Assembly: GCA_038874595.1 (NCBI GenBank)
Contig: JAVZCB010000001.1
Span: forward strand, 161,052 to 225,051
Direction: 5' to 3'
Source of the DNA: Candidatus Micrarchaeia archaeon
GTDB taxonomy: Archaea; Micrarchaeota; Micrarchaeia; CAILAH01
Length of the DNA stretch: 64,000 bases
The notes below the pieces were generated by a model. It saw only the letters and a list, made by a program, of their open reading frames with translations, had not been told where the DNA came from and ran no database searches. Within the stretch, counting starts at the first letter, position 1. Every line of letters starts with the position of its first letter. A program made the translations under genes and the position numbers. Below, piece after piece: positions 38,077 to 47,432 of the stretch.

Positions 38077-39468
38077 ATGGTTGAAAAAGACTCATTTACA
38101 CGTGAAATGTGGGAGAAAATGCGCGTGCAGATACTTAAAGAGGTTAAGCCCACACCTGAACAGCACGCAGAGGTTAGGAAGATAGCGGATGAACTGGTTG
38201 ACAAGCTCAACAAAATCTCGCCTACCGAGATTGAGGTTATGCTTACCGGCTCGTTTGCCAAGGAAACATACATACGCTCAGATGTGGATTTTGATATCTT
38301 TGTGCTTTTCCCGGAAAAGTATACGCTTTATGACCTCCAAACCATGACGTTTGAATGGGCAAAGAAGTTCTTAGAGAACTGGGAGGTTGCATATGCACAG
38401 CACCCCTACCTGCGCGGGTATTATAAGGGACATCATGTTGATGTTGTGCCGAGCTATAAGCTCAAGGAAGGCGAGCCAGTAAAGATAAAAAGCGCTGTTG
38501 ACAGGACACAGTTGCATACAAAATATGTGCTTTCAAAAATCACTGAGGAGCAGAAGGATGATGTGCGCATACTCAAGAAGTTCCTAAAACGACTTGGGAT
38601 ATACGGTGCCGAGATAAAAACAGGTGGGTTCTCTGGTTACCTGTGTGAGCTGCTCATAATGAAGTATGGCTCCTTTTACGACCTGATTATGGCTGCGCGT
38701 AAGTGGCAGTTCCCTGTTGCGATTGATATGGCAGGAGGCAGGAGCGAGAGGCTTCTGCGCGCCTTGTTCAAAGGCGATGTGCTCATCGTGACGGACCCAG
38801 TGGATAAAAAGAGAAACGTTGCGTCCCCTGTCAGTGCTGATTCGCTCTCAAAGTTTGTTGCGGCTGCGCACGTGTTCTTCCTTAAGCCGGCCGTTGCAAC
38901 TTTCTTTACAGAAATAGAGATAATGCCAATAAGTGAGATACGCAAAAAAGCCGCAGAGCGCGGCACTTACTTTGTGCTGTTTGAGTTCCCACGCCCTGAA
39001 AAGGCAGATGATATATTATGGGGTGAGCTGCGCAAGACGTTAACTTCAATTGAGAAATCATTTGACAAGGAGGGGTTTGATTGCTCACACCAAACTGCTG
39101 AGGTGCACGAGGGTAAATGTTATATGTTGTTTGAGCTTATGCACGAAGAGCTGCCGAATATTATCCTGCAGGAAGGGCCATACGTGAGGATGGGGGAGCA
39201 TCTTGAGAAGTTCATACGGGAGGAGATGAATAATTTTGATATCTTCGTGAAAGATGAAAGAATGTGCGCGGTGCGCAAGAGAAAGTTTACAACTGTGCTC
39301 CAGCTGGTTGCGGACATACAGGCACGCCCGCATCATTATGGCGTGAGCAAGGGAATCGCAAAGGAGGTTTCTTCGGCCCGCGTGTATGCAGGCGACGATT
39401 CAATATTTCAAGAGAGCAGGAAAGTGTATACGATGCACCTGAACAGGAAGTTTTTCCTTGGGCTTTAA
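38077..39468 (+). CDS. cca: CCA-adding enzyme (archaeal class I)
   Basis: GSFAKET..DVDFD, YAQHPY, DVVP, SAVDRT, GFSGYLCEL, DPVD..RNVA. Confidence 0.96.
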   Translation: MVEKDSFTREMWEKMRVQILKEVKPTPEQHAEVRKIADELVDKLNKISPTEIEVMLTGSFAKETYIRSDVDFDIFVLFPEKYTLYDLQTMTFEWAKKFLENWEVAYAQHPYLRGYYKGHHVDVVPSYKLKEGEPVKIKSAVDRTQLHTKYVLSKITEEQKDDVRILKKFLKRLGIYGAEIKTGGFSGYLCELLIMKYGSFYDLIMAARKWQFPVAIDMAGGRSERLLRALFKGDVLIVTDPVDKKRNVASPVSADSLSKFVAAAHVFFLKPAVATFFTEIEIMPISEIRKKAAERGTYFVLFEFPRPEKADDILWGELRKTLTSIEKSFDKEGFDCSHQTAEVHEGKCYMLFELMHEELPNIILQEGPYVRMGEHLEKFIREEMNNFDIFVKDERMCAVRKRKFTTVLQLVADIQARPHHYGVSKGIAKEVSSARVYAGDDSIFQESRKVYTMHLNRKFFLGL

Positions 39469-39525
39469 TAGGTTTAGAAAGGTTTTTATTTACTTCTTTA
39501 ACATAAATGCTTGTGTCGTGATAAT

Positions 39526-41019
39526 ATGCGATCAATAAAACAGCCTACACTGGAAAAGATTGACCAAAACAACACTACCAAAAAAAGTGCGTTTGCAAAA
39601 TTTAAAGAATCTTTCAAAGAAACTGCAAAAAAAACAGTTATTGGTGCCTGCATACTTGGTTCGCTGGTATTTTCTGGAACCCCATTAAAAAGCCAAGAGA
39701 TAGTAAATAGGGGTAACCTAAAAGAGAGCACAATAAATGAGATAAAGAAATGTGATTTGGATAGGCTTAATCAGATTATTTCTGAAGTGCCACTTAAGTT
39801 TAAAGGTGATGTTAAGATAAATAATAAGATAGACAAAGATGAAGAGATAGATAATAAGATTAAAGATATATATAGTGAGATCCTGTTCTATGCCGTGGTT
39901 GAAAAGTGCAAAGGTATTATAGATGTTCTATTGGAAAAGGGTGCTGATATTAACTATTTACCTCCTAATTATGTACTGACAGGTTTTTCATTGTTTGTGA
40001 AAAATACCATGGAAAAAGGTTACTTAATGGATTATGAATATTTGAACTATCTTGTGGGTAAAGGTGCAAACCCTTACATAGAAGGAATAAATACGTTTAA
40101 TAGTTTTCTTAAATATTGCCGAGAACCATTTATGTATAGCCCTGAAAGAGACCCTCTTATTAAATATATGGTGACTAAGCCAGATGGTTCCGTCAAGTTC
40201 TATGACTTTAAATATACATTAGAAGAAATAAAGGATTCCAAAAAGGTGAACGATGAAATACTTAAGAATATGTTCTCTTTATACAAAAAGACCATGCATT
40301 TAGACAGTAATAATATACTTCCTGAATTGTCTTATCATATATTACATAGCGATTGTTGGTATGATTCTATTAGATACTTCACTGAAAACGGATTGTTCTC
40401 AGATAGAATAATTAATGGAATTATAAAAGAGCGTTTAGAAACGAAAAAAAAGTTTAGGAAGCGCCTGGAATATGAACTATTTGAATTATATAGAGAGAAA
40501 CTTCTACAACTAAATAGAAGTAATTATGAAGAAAAACGTAAATATGAAGAAAAACTTGAAAAGATTAATAAATTGAAGACAATGTATTCTTATTATGATG
40601 ACAAATTCCTAATTATTGTAAAAAAACTTGAATATCTGGAATCAATAATTTTACGAATATCCCCCTCCCCAGATGATGGAACGTCTTCAGAAAAATATAT
40701 TGAGGATTTAAATTCCGGCATTTTTAAAGAAGTTAAAAAAATATACGAAGAATATCGTGCTGACTATACAAAGGACATCTTAATAACCAAGTTTTTTGAG
40801 AGGCTTGTCTTACTTAAGATTGCTTCAGAAATGCAAAACAATCCTGGTAAATTTACGCCAGAGCATGTAAAATATCTACTGAGTTTAGTACCCAAAGAAA
40901 TATGCGATAGCACTACTATCTGCAAAATTAAACAAACGTGTGCCAGCGATGAAAGTAAAAACAAATGCTTAAATCTTATAACTGATTATGTAAATAAGGA
41001 AAATGCTAAATATAAATAA
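39526..41019 (+). CDS. Secreted ankyrin-repeat-like protein, AT-rich
   Basis: Extended signal peptide; LFYAV...LLEKGADIN and YLVGKGANP ankyrin-like motifs. Confidence 0.65.
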   Translation: MRSIKQPTLEKIDQNNTTKKSAFAKFKESFKETAKKTVIGACILGSLVFSGTPLKSQEIVNRGNLKESTINEIKKCDLDRLNQIISEVPLKFKGDVKINNKIDKDEEIDNKIKDIYSEILFYAVVEKCKGIIDVLLEKGADINYLPPNYVLTGFSLFVKNTMEKGYLMDYEYLNYLVGKGANPYIEGINTFNSFLKYCREPFMYSPERDPLIKYMVTKPDGSVKFYDFKYTLEEIKDSKKVNDEILKNMFSLYKKTMHLDSNNILPELSYHILHSDCWYDSIRYFTENGLFSDRIINGIIKERLETKKKFRKRLEYELFELYREKLLQLNRSNYEEKRKYEEKLEKINKLKTMYSYYDDKFLIIVKKLEYLESIILRISPSPDDGTSSEKYIEDLNSGIFKEVKKIYEEYRADYTKDILITKFFERLVLLKIASEMQNNPGKFTPEHVKYLLSLVPKEICDSTTICKIKQTCASDESKNKCLNLITDYVNKENAKYK

Positions 41020-41111
41020 GCTGCAGAGAGTGTAAAAATCGCTTAGAGATTTGCATCAAATCACATCTCTTTTTTAACTTTTACTGAGCTTAAATTTGAA
41101 GCTCTAACGAT

Positions 41112-41414
41112 GGGCCAGTAGCTTAGCCTGGTGGAGCGCCCGACTGATATCAGTCACGGGTGTCCGGTTGAGCCCATTCCTCTGGAATGGAAATCGGGAG
41201 GCCGGGAGTTCAAAAAGAAGGGTGGAAGGGAGAACCCTTCCCCCCTTCTCAACCCACCTATCCCCTTGAGAGTTGGTGTGGTGTGTGAAAGAGGTGGAAG
41301 GGAGAACCCTTCCCCCCTTCTCAACCCACCTATCCCCTTGAGAGTTGGTGTGGTGTGTGAAAGAGGTGGAAGGGGGTTCCTTCCCCACTTTAGTTGAAAA
41401 TCTCCCCTGGCCCA
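41112..41414 (+). tRNA. tRNA-Ile(GAU) with two introns (37/38: 41150-41192; T-loop 59/60: 41215-41400); CCA not encoded
   Basis: Exons join to GGGCCAGTAGCTTAGCCTGGTGGAGCGCCCGACTGATA|ATCGGGAGGCCGGGAGTTCAAA|TCTCCCCTGGCCCA, a complete cloverleaf (acceptor GGGCCAG/CTGGCCC, anticodon stem CCCGA/TCGGG, T stem GGGAG/CTCCC). Confidence 0.85.
41221..41374 (+). repeat. 72-bp tandem repeat (2 exact copies plus 10-bp partial) inside the tRNA T-loop intron
   Basis: GGTGGAAGGG begins at 41221, 41293 and 41365; the first two units are identical. Confidence 0.92.
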
Positions 41415-41450
41415 TACCTATTATAAATGTTATGGAGGAAATGAGTAAAG

Positions 41451-42593
41451 ATGGAGCTTCCAAACATATACAAGGGCGATTACACCAAGCTTGTTGGTGT
41501 GCCAATCATTCTTGTTTTGATTTCTGCAATGTTCATAACACAGGTGCAGCCCGGTCTTGAGCTTAAAGGAGGTGCGCTTGTCACGCTTGACCTGAAGCAG
41601 CCAATGACGGATACGCAGGTATCCGCTGCACTTGAGCATTCAGGGTTCAAGGATGTAAGTGTGAGAACTTACCAGTTAGGGAGCTCACATATAGCAGAAG
41701 TTGAGATTGCCCATACCAATACGGTGGTACGTTTTGAAAATACGTACAAGGATTTCCTAGATACATATGACAAATACTCAAAGAAGCAATATGAGATACT
41801 CGTACTGAAAGGCTCAAATGCAAGCACTGCAGTGCAGGAAAAGGACGCGGCACAAATGAGACAGCACCTGCTTGAGCTGCGCACCTCACTAATCGCTGAT
41901 GCTTCTGAAATAATCGGCAGGCAGGTGTCGCTCTCCGCAGATGTTGATACGCTTAAACCTGAGGTGCAATCACTTTATAGTGAAGCCACGCTCGCGTACA
42001 GGAACAACATAATCTCAAAGATATCCGGGAATATCCCGTACAATTCATACTCGTTTAAGCTCATCAACCCGTCCCTGAGCGAGGTGTTCCTCAGCAAGAT
42101 TGAATGGGTGATGATTGCTGCGGCTATCCTTTGTGCAATTGCGGTGTTCATAATATTCAGGGATTTCATCCCATCAGTTGCAGTGTTATGTGGTGCAACG
42201 TTTGATGTGATTTTTGCACTCGGGTTTATGGGGCTTGCCGGCATACCATTATCACTTGCAGCAATCGCATCGCTCCTTATGCTTATAGGATTTTCACTAG
42301 ACACGGACATTCTGCTGACGGTGCGTATATTGAAACGCGGCGTTCGCGACCCGCGTGCCAGCGCATACGATGCTATGAAAACAGGCATCACGATGAGTTT
42401 CTCTGCAATGCTTGCGTTCTTTGCGCTGTTCATTGTAGGTGAAATCACAAACATTGCAATTTATCAGGACATATCCAGGATCGTGCTTGCAGGGCTTATA
42501 GGTGACTTGATAGGTACCTGGCTCCTTAACGCCGTAATAATGATATACCACGTTGAAAAGGGTGCTAAAAGTGCAGGAGTTGTTGTCAGATAA
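41451..42593 (+). CDS. secF: Protein translocase subunit SecF
   Basis: GLELKGG; LMLIGFSLDTDILLT; TWLLNA. Confidence 0.92.
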   Translation: MELPNIYKGDYTKLVGVPIILVLISAMFITQVQPGLELKGGALVTLDLKQPMTDTQVSAALEHSGFKDVSVRTYQLGSSHIAEVEIAHTNTVVRFENTYKDFLDTYDKYSKKQYEILVLKGSNASTAVQEKDAAQMRQHLLELRTSLIADASEIIGRQVSLSADVDTLKPEVQSLYSEATLAYRNNIISKISGNIPYNSYSFKLINPSLSEVFLSKIEWVMIAAAILCAIAVFIIFRDFIPSVAVLCGATFDVIFALGFMGLAGIPLSLAAIASLLMLIGFSLDTDILLTVRILKRGVRDPRASAYDAMKTGITMSFSAMLAFFALFIVGEITNIAIYQDISRIVLAGLIGDLIGTWLLNAVIMIYHVEKGAKSAGVVVR

Positions 42594-44127
42594 GCGTGTG
42601 CTTTTCCTAGTAGGGCTTGTTCTGCTCTCATTGGTAATCATATTCGTAAAAGGTATAAATTACGGTATAGAGTTTGAAGGCGGTGTGAGAATCCCAATCA
42701 CGTTTGACAGGGAGCTTACACCTACACAGATGGATGAGGTTGTAAACATCCTTAAGACAAGGATTTCCAAGTTCGGCCTTTCACAGGTCATTGTCAGGCC
42801 ACTGCCTCCACGTGAAGTGCAGGTTGAGTTGGCAAAAGGCGATGAGTCATCAATAAAGCAGATTGAGAAAATCCTGCAAACGCAGGGCAGCTTTGAATCT
42901 GTGATAAATAACAAGGTTGCAATGACAGGTGAGGATATACTGCCTGGCAGTATAGGTGAGGGCAGGATAACCGCAGCATCAAAGACCTCATATAAATGGG
43001 AGGTTGATTTTGCAATCACTGAGAACGGTGCAAACAGGTTTGCTGCGGTCGCACTCGGCCAGGCAAACAAGCCAGTTTACATGTTCTTGGACAGGCCGCG
43101 CAATGCACTAATTCTACTTGAGCCGAAGCATTTCCCGAAAACTGTTGACATAGCAACAGCCCTCAGCTCCATAACTGAGTTCAATAACATCGAAGGCAGC
43201 AGCCTTAAAGTGATTATCATAGATGACTGGGAAGTGAAAAGGCAGATTGTAGAAGAGGAGATTGCTGCAAACCCCAACAGTACTGTGATTTACTCATCAA
43301 ACGCGACATTTGCAAGCAATGTTGAGGCGATTGCAAAACAGGCAGGTGCAGTTACGCGCCCAATCCCTGATACTGATATGAACCTTGAAGTTGTACCGAG
43401 CCACGCAACGGGCGATTATATCGTTAATAAATGGAAGGCGATCGGGCTGTTATCTGCACCTATCCTCTCAGAAGGGCTCGCAAAGGGAACCCCTTCCCGG
43501 CTTGTCAGTATCAGTGGCACTTCAGAAGATGTTGAGGTTGCAGCAGGCAATGCAAAAGAGATAAGAAGCATCCTCAGCGGCGGCAGGCTGCCTGTAAACG
43601 CTATCATCGGCTCAACTATAAGCATCCCAGCACCACTCGGAAAACAGTTCCTTGAAATGAGTGTTATCGGGGGCATAATTGCGTTCATACTCATTATCAT
43701 ATTCGTCTCAATCAGGTACGGTGAGCCAAGGCTTTTCATGCCTATCATAGTAATATCGTTTGCGGAGATTATTATCCTGGTTGCAATAATCGGCGGGTTT
43801 GGCACGATTGATTTTGCAGCTATGGCCGGTATCATTGCAGCAATGGGTGTGAGCCTGGATGCACAAATCATTATTACAGATGAGGTATTCAGGAAAGGTG
43901 AGAAAAACATATCCAAAGATGAGCTCAGGGAGCGTATTAAGGGTGCGTTCTACATCATTACAAGGAACGTTGCAATTGCAGTTATCGCTATGCTGCCGCT
44001 GTTCTTCTCTGGCGTCGTTGAGATCGTAGGCTTTGCAACCTCAACAATACTGGGTGCAGTGCTCGGCCTGCTCATATCACGGCCCGCATATGCCGCCCTG
44101 ATAGAATCGATTGAGGCAAAGGTGTAG
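42553..44127 (+). CDS. secD: Protein translocase subunit SecD
   Basis: YGIEFEGG; RISKFGL; GRLPV; GVSLDAQIIITDE; SRPAY. True start may be GTG 42571. Confidence 0.92.
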   Translation: MKRVLKVQELLSDKRVLFLVGLVLLSLVIIFVKGINYGIEFEGGVRIPITFDRELTPTQMDEVVNILKTRISKFGLSQVIVRPLPPREVQVELAKGDESSIKQIEKILQTQGSFESVINNKVAMTGEDILPGSIGEGRITAASKTSYKWEVDFAITENGANRFAAVALGQANKPVYMFLDRPRNALILLEPKHFPKTVDIATALSSITEFNNIEGSSLKVIIIDDWEVKRQIVEEEIAANPNSTVIYSSNATFASNVEAIAKQAGAVTRPIPDTDMNLEVVPSHATGDYIVNKWKAIGLLSAPILSEGLAKGTPSRLVSISGTSEDVEVAAGNAKEIRSILSGGRLPVNAIIGSTISIPAPLGKQFLEMSVIGGIIAFILIIIFVSIRYGEPRLFMPIIVISFAEIIILVAIIGGFGTIDFAAMAGIIAAMGVSLDAQIIITDEVFRKGEKNISKDELRERIKGAFYIITRNVAIAVIAMLPLFFSGVVEIVGFATSTILGAVLGLLISRPAYAALIESIEAKV

Positions 44128-44220
44128 GTTATCGTCAGCGGTAATCTACGCGCGTTGGGATAAGCCTTTTAAATATTACTTATTTGAATACAACCTACTA
44201 TTCAGAAAAAGAGTGATGTT

Positions 44221-45183
44221 ATGCCGAAGGCTCATTCATCGAGGAAAGGGTCCCTTGCATTCAGGCCGCGCATGCGGGCTAACAGGATTAATTGTAGGGT
44301 TAGGAATTGGCCGTCTTACAGCAAGCCGTGCCTGCTCGGGTTTGCCGGGTATAAGGCGGGGATGCTGCATTTCATTTATAACGAAGATCTTGCCACCTCC
44401 CCCGCAAAGGGCAAGGAAGTTGCAATGGCCGGGACGGTTATAGAAGTTCCACCGATGCTCGTTTATGGAGTACGTGTTTTGAAAAAAACCCCATACGGGT
44501 GCAAGATAATAGGCGATTTTTGCACTAATGATGCGGGTGTCCTTAAGAAAGCCGGCTTAAAAAGCCCAAAGACTATTGATGAGCTTGATAAAGTCAAGAA
44601 TGACGTGTACAAGGTCCGTGTGCTTGCACTCATAAACCCTGCAGCTACCGGGATTGGCAGCAAGAGCCCCGAGCATGTTGAGCTTGCAGTGGGCGGTGAG
44701 AGTGTTGATAAGCAGCTCGAGTATGCAAAAGGCCTCGTGGGTAAAGAGGTAGGCATAGAGGAGGCATTCTCCAAGGGCGATTATGTCGATGTAATTGGTG
44801 TTACGAAAGGTAAGGGATGGCAGGGTGTAATCAAAAGGTTCGGTATAGCTATTCAAAGGCCTAAGGCGACAAACAAGAGGAGGCACCTGGGCAATCTTGG
44901 CTCGTGGCACCCTGCAATTGTTGAATATTCAGTTGCACAGGCAGGCCAGATGGGGTACCATAAGAGAACGATACTTAACAAGGTAATCGTTGATATCGGG
45001 ACCCCTGACAAGCTAAGGCAGAACGGCGGGCTCTTGCATTACGGTAACGTGAAAAACAAGTACGTAATCGTGAAAGGGTCAGTGCCTGGCACCAAGAAAC
45101 GGCTCATAAAACTGAGGCGCGCGTTGAGGAAGCCAAATGCAAAGCGCGAGTTCAAGGTCGTATATGTTTCAAGAGCGATGTAA
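44221..45183 (+). CDS. rpl3: 50S ribosomal protein L3
   Basis: RKGSLAFRPR; GYKAGM; TKGKGWQG; QAGQMGYH. Confidence 0.97.
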   Translation: MPKAHSSRKGSLAFRPRMRANRINCRVRNWPSYSKPCLLGFAGYKAGMLHFIYNEDLATSPAKGKEVAMAGTVIEVPPMLVYGVRVLKKTPYGCKIIGDFCTNDAGVLKKAGLKSPKTIDELDKVKNDVYKVRVLALINPAATGIGSKSPEHVELAVGGESVDKQLEYAKGLVGKEVGIEEAFSKGDYVDVIGVTKGKGWQGVIKRFGIAIQRPKATNKRRHLGNLGSWHPAIVEYSVAQAGQMGYHKRTILNKVIVDIGTPDKLRQNGGLLHYGNVKNKYVIVKGSVPGTKKRLIKLRRALRKPNAKREFKVVYVSRAM

Positions 45184-45200
45184 AATGAAAGGTGTTTTGG

Positions 45201-46001
45201 ATGAAGATTCAAGTTTTATCAATGACCGGTGAAAAGGCAGGTGAGCTGGATGCCCCGAAAGCATTCAGCGAGAAGGTCCGCAGGGACCTGATAATCCGTG
45301 CGGTGCGTTCAGAGCTTTCCAAGAAGTTCCAGCCTAAGGCACCACTGAAAGTTGCAGGATTGCAGACCAGTGCCGAGTATATCGGTGTCAAGGATGCATA
45401 CCGCACAATGAAAAACCGCGGTACACAAAGGCTGCCACACGAGAAGTTCCCGAAAGGCAGGTATGGCCGTGTCAGGATGTTGCCGTTTGCTGTTACGGGA
45501 AGGAGGGCGCACCCGCCAAAGGTTGAGAAGGTGCTTGTTGAGAAGATGAACAGGAAAGAATACCTGAAAGCGCTCAACTCGGCAATTGCGGCATCTGCCA
45601 GTGCGGATGTTGTGAAGATGCGGACTGGTGGGGATTATAAAGTGCCGTATGTGGTAGTTGATGAAGCAGAGAGCTTAAAGAAGACAAAGGATGTCGTTAA
45701 GCTGCTTGAATCACTTGGCCTGCTGAAAGATGTTGAGAAATCTGAAAGGAGCAGGAAACGTATAACAGGTGTAAGAAAGAAGAGGCTTGCACGCGCGTAT
45801 AAGGTGCGCAAGTCTATCCTTTTTGTGGTATCAAAGGATTGCTCATTACTCAACAGTGCCGCCAGTATAGCCGGCGCAAAAGCGGTAAAGGTTGAGGACC
45901 TGAAAGTGAACGACCTTGCACCGGGTGGCTTGCCGGGTAGGTTGGTTGTATGGAGCAAGGGAGCTGTAACAAAGCTGGGTGAGCTTAATGCCAATAATTA
46001 A
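45201..46001 (+). CDS. rpl4: 50S ribosomal protein L4
   Basis: VRRDLIIRAV; AGLQTSAE; GRRAHPPK; LAPGGLPGRL. Confidence 0.96.
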   Translation: MKIQVLSMTGEKAGELDAPKAFSEKVRRDLIIRAVRSELSKKFQPKAPLKVAGLQTSAEYIGVKDAYRTMKNRGTQRLPHEKFPKGRYGRVRMLPFAVTGRRAHPPKVEKVLVEKMNRKEYLKALNSAIAASASADVVKMRTGGDYKVPYVVVDEAESLKKTKDVVKLLESLGLLKDVEKSERSRKRITGVRKKRLARAYKVRKSILFVVSKDCSLLNSAASIAGAKAVKVEDLKVNDLAPGGLPGRLVVWSKGAVTKLGELNANN

Positions 46002-46239
46002 GGTTATCAACACAGAAAAGTCGAGCAGGATGCTCGAGAGAGGAAATAAGCTCTCGCTTATTGTGGATTCCAGGACAGATAAGGAAACGCTCGCGGAAGA
46101 GCTTAGGACTGTATACGGTCTTAAGGTGAGCAAGATAAATGTCCTCCACACCGCAAAAGGCGAGAAGAAAGCTATTGTAACGCTTGATAAGTCGCACACG
46201 CCCGATGAGATTGCGACTAAGTTCGGGCTTGTAATGTAA
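45979..46239 (+). CDS. rpl23: 50S ribosomal protein L23
   Basis: TEKS; NKLSLIVD; GEKKAIV; EIATKFG. Confidence 0.95.
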   Translation: MSLMPIIKVINTEKSSRMLERGNKLSLIVDSRTDKETLAEELRTVYGLKVSKINVLHTAKGEKKAIVTLDKSHTPDEIATKFGLVM

Positions 46240-46251
46240 CAGGGTGTATAG

Positions 46252-47019
46252 ATGGGAAAACGCTTGATTACACAACAAAGGGGTAGGGGAACACCAAGGT
46301 ACCGTGCCCCTTCCCACAGGTATAAGTACACTGTCAAGTTTAGGCAGTTTGATGCAAAAGAAAAGAGGAGTAAGCTTGTCGGGGAGGTTGTTGGGCTTGT
46401 AAGAGACCCGATACACTCTTCTGTTCTTATGCGCGTGCTCTTTGATAATGGTGAAGAGCGCGTTTACTTCGCACCTGAAGGCATTAAAGTTGGTGATAGG
46501 ATAGAGGAAGGTGTAACCGCATCGCTGGCCTTGGGTAGTGTAATGCCACTCGGCAAAATCCCTGAAGGGTCGCCTATATTTAATATTGAGCTGAGACCTG
46601 GTGATGGCGGTAAGCTGGTACGCACATCTGGTGGTATTGCGTACATCCGTGCAAAAGAGGCCGAGGGTGTTTATGTTCGTATGCCATCTAAAAGGACGAT
46701 ACTTCTAGGGAATGATTGTAGGGCACAGCTCGGTTGCCTCTCTATGGGTGGCAGGATGGAGTTGCCTCTGATGAAGGCTGGCACTGCATATTACAAGAAA
46801 CACGCTACGAACAGGCACTGGCCGATTGTACGTGGCGTGCACCAGAACGCGATAGACCATCCGTTCGGTGGTAAGCAGCACCATCCAGGTAAAGGTACTG
46901 CCACTGCAAGGAATGCGCCGCCCGGTAGGAAGGTTGGGCATATTGCAGCACGCAGCACTGGTAGGAGGACTTCTCTTAAGATGCAGCTTAAGAGCAAGAA
47001 AGATGAAGGTAAAGGGTGA
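46252..47019 (+). CDS. rpl2: 50S ribosomal protein L2
   Basis: MGKRLITQQRGRG; PGDGGKLVR; WPIVRG; DHPFGG; PPGRKVG. Confidence 0.97.
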   Translation: MGKRLITQQRGRGTPRYRAPSHRYKYTVKFRQFDAKEKRSKLVGEVVGLVRDPIHSSVLMRVLFDNGEERVYFAPEGIKVGDRIEEGVTASLALGSVMPLGKIPEGSPIFNIELRPGDGGKLVRTSGGIAYIRAKEAEGVYVRMPSKRTILLGNDCRAQLGCLSMGGRMELPLMKAGTAYYKKHATNRHWPIVRGVHQNAIDHPFGGKQHHPGKGTATARNAPPGRKVGHIAARSTGRRTSLKMQLKSKKDEGKG

Positions 47020-47024
47020 AGTGA

Positions 47025-47423
47025 ATGGCAAAGATTACTATTTACGGTATGGATACCGACAAGTTCGCTGCTGTTTCAGCTGAGGAGTACATATCCAAAT
47101 ATGCAAACTCACGTGCGCGCAGGGCGTATAGGAACATCTCCGATAACCCGGCATACAAAAAACTGATGGCGCGCATTAGGAAAGTTCGCGAGTCAAAGTC
47201 AAGCAAGGTTATCAAGACGCATGTGCGTGAGGCAGTCATACTCCCTGAATGGATAGGGATGAAGATTGGTGTTCATAATGGTAAGGAGTTCTACACGATT
47301 GAGATACAGCCGACCATGGTTGGGCACCGGCTCGGTGAGTTTGCGCACACCACAAAGCGTGTGGAGCACCACGGCCCAGGTGTAGGTGCAACGAGGGGAA
47401 GCAAGTTCGTCCCGCTCAAGTAA
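47025..47423 (+). CDS. rps19: 30S ribosomal protein S19
   Basis: IKTHVR; HNGKEF; GHRLGEF; GATRGSKFVPLK. Confidence 0.97.
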   Translation: MAKITIYGMDTDKFAAVSAEEYISKYANSRARRAYRNISDNPAYKKLMARIRKVRESKSSKVIKTHVREAVILPEWIGMKIGVHNGKEFYTIEIQPTMVGHRLGEFAHTTKRVEHHGPGVGATRGSKFVPLK

Positions 47424-47432
47424 GGTGATTTA

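Noticed and set aside
41221-41374. CRISPR array
   Set aside because: The intervening sequences are identical, there are only two units, and the repeat lies inside a tRNA intron.
41104-41505. ORFs 41104-41505(-) and 41131-41397(+) with repeated peptides
   Set aside because: By-products of the 72-bp (multiple of three) repeat in the tRNA intron; they overlap a complete tRNA cloverleaf.
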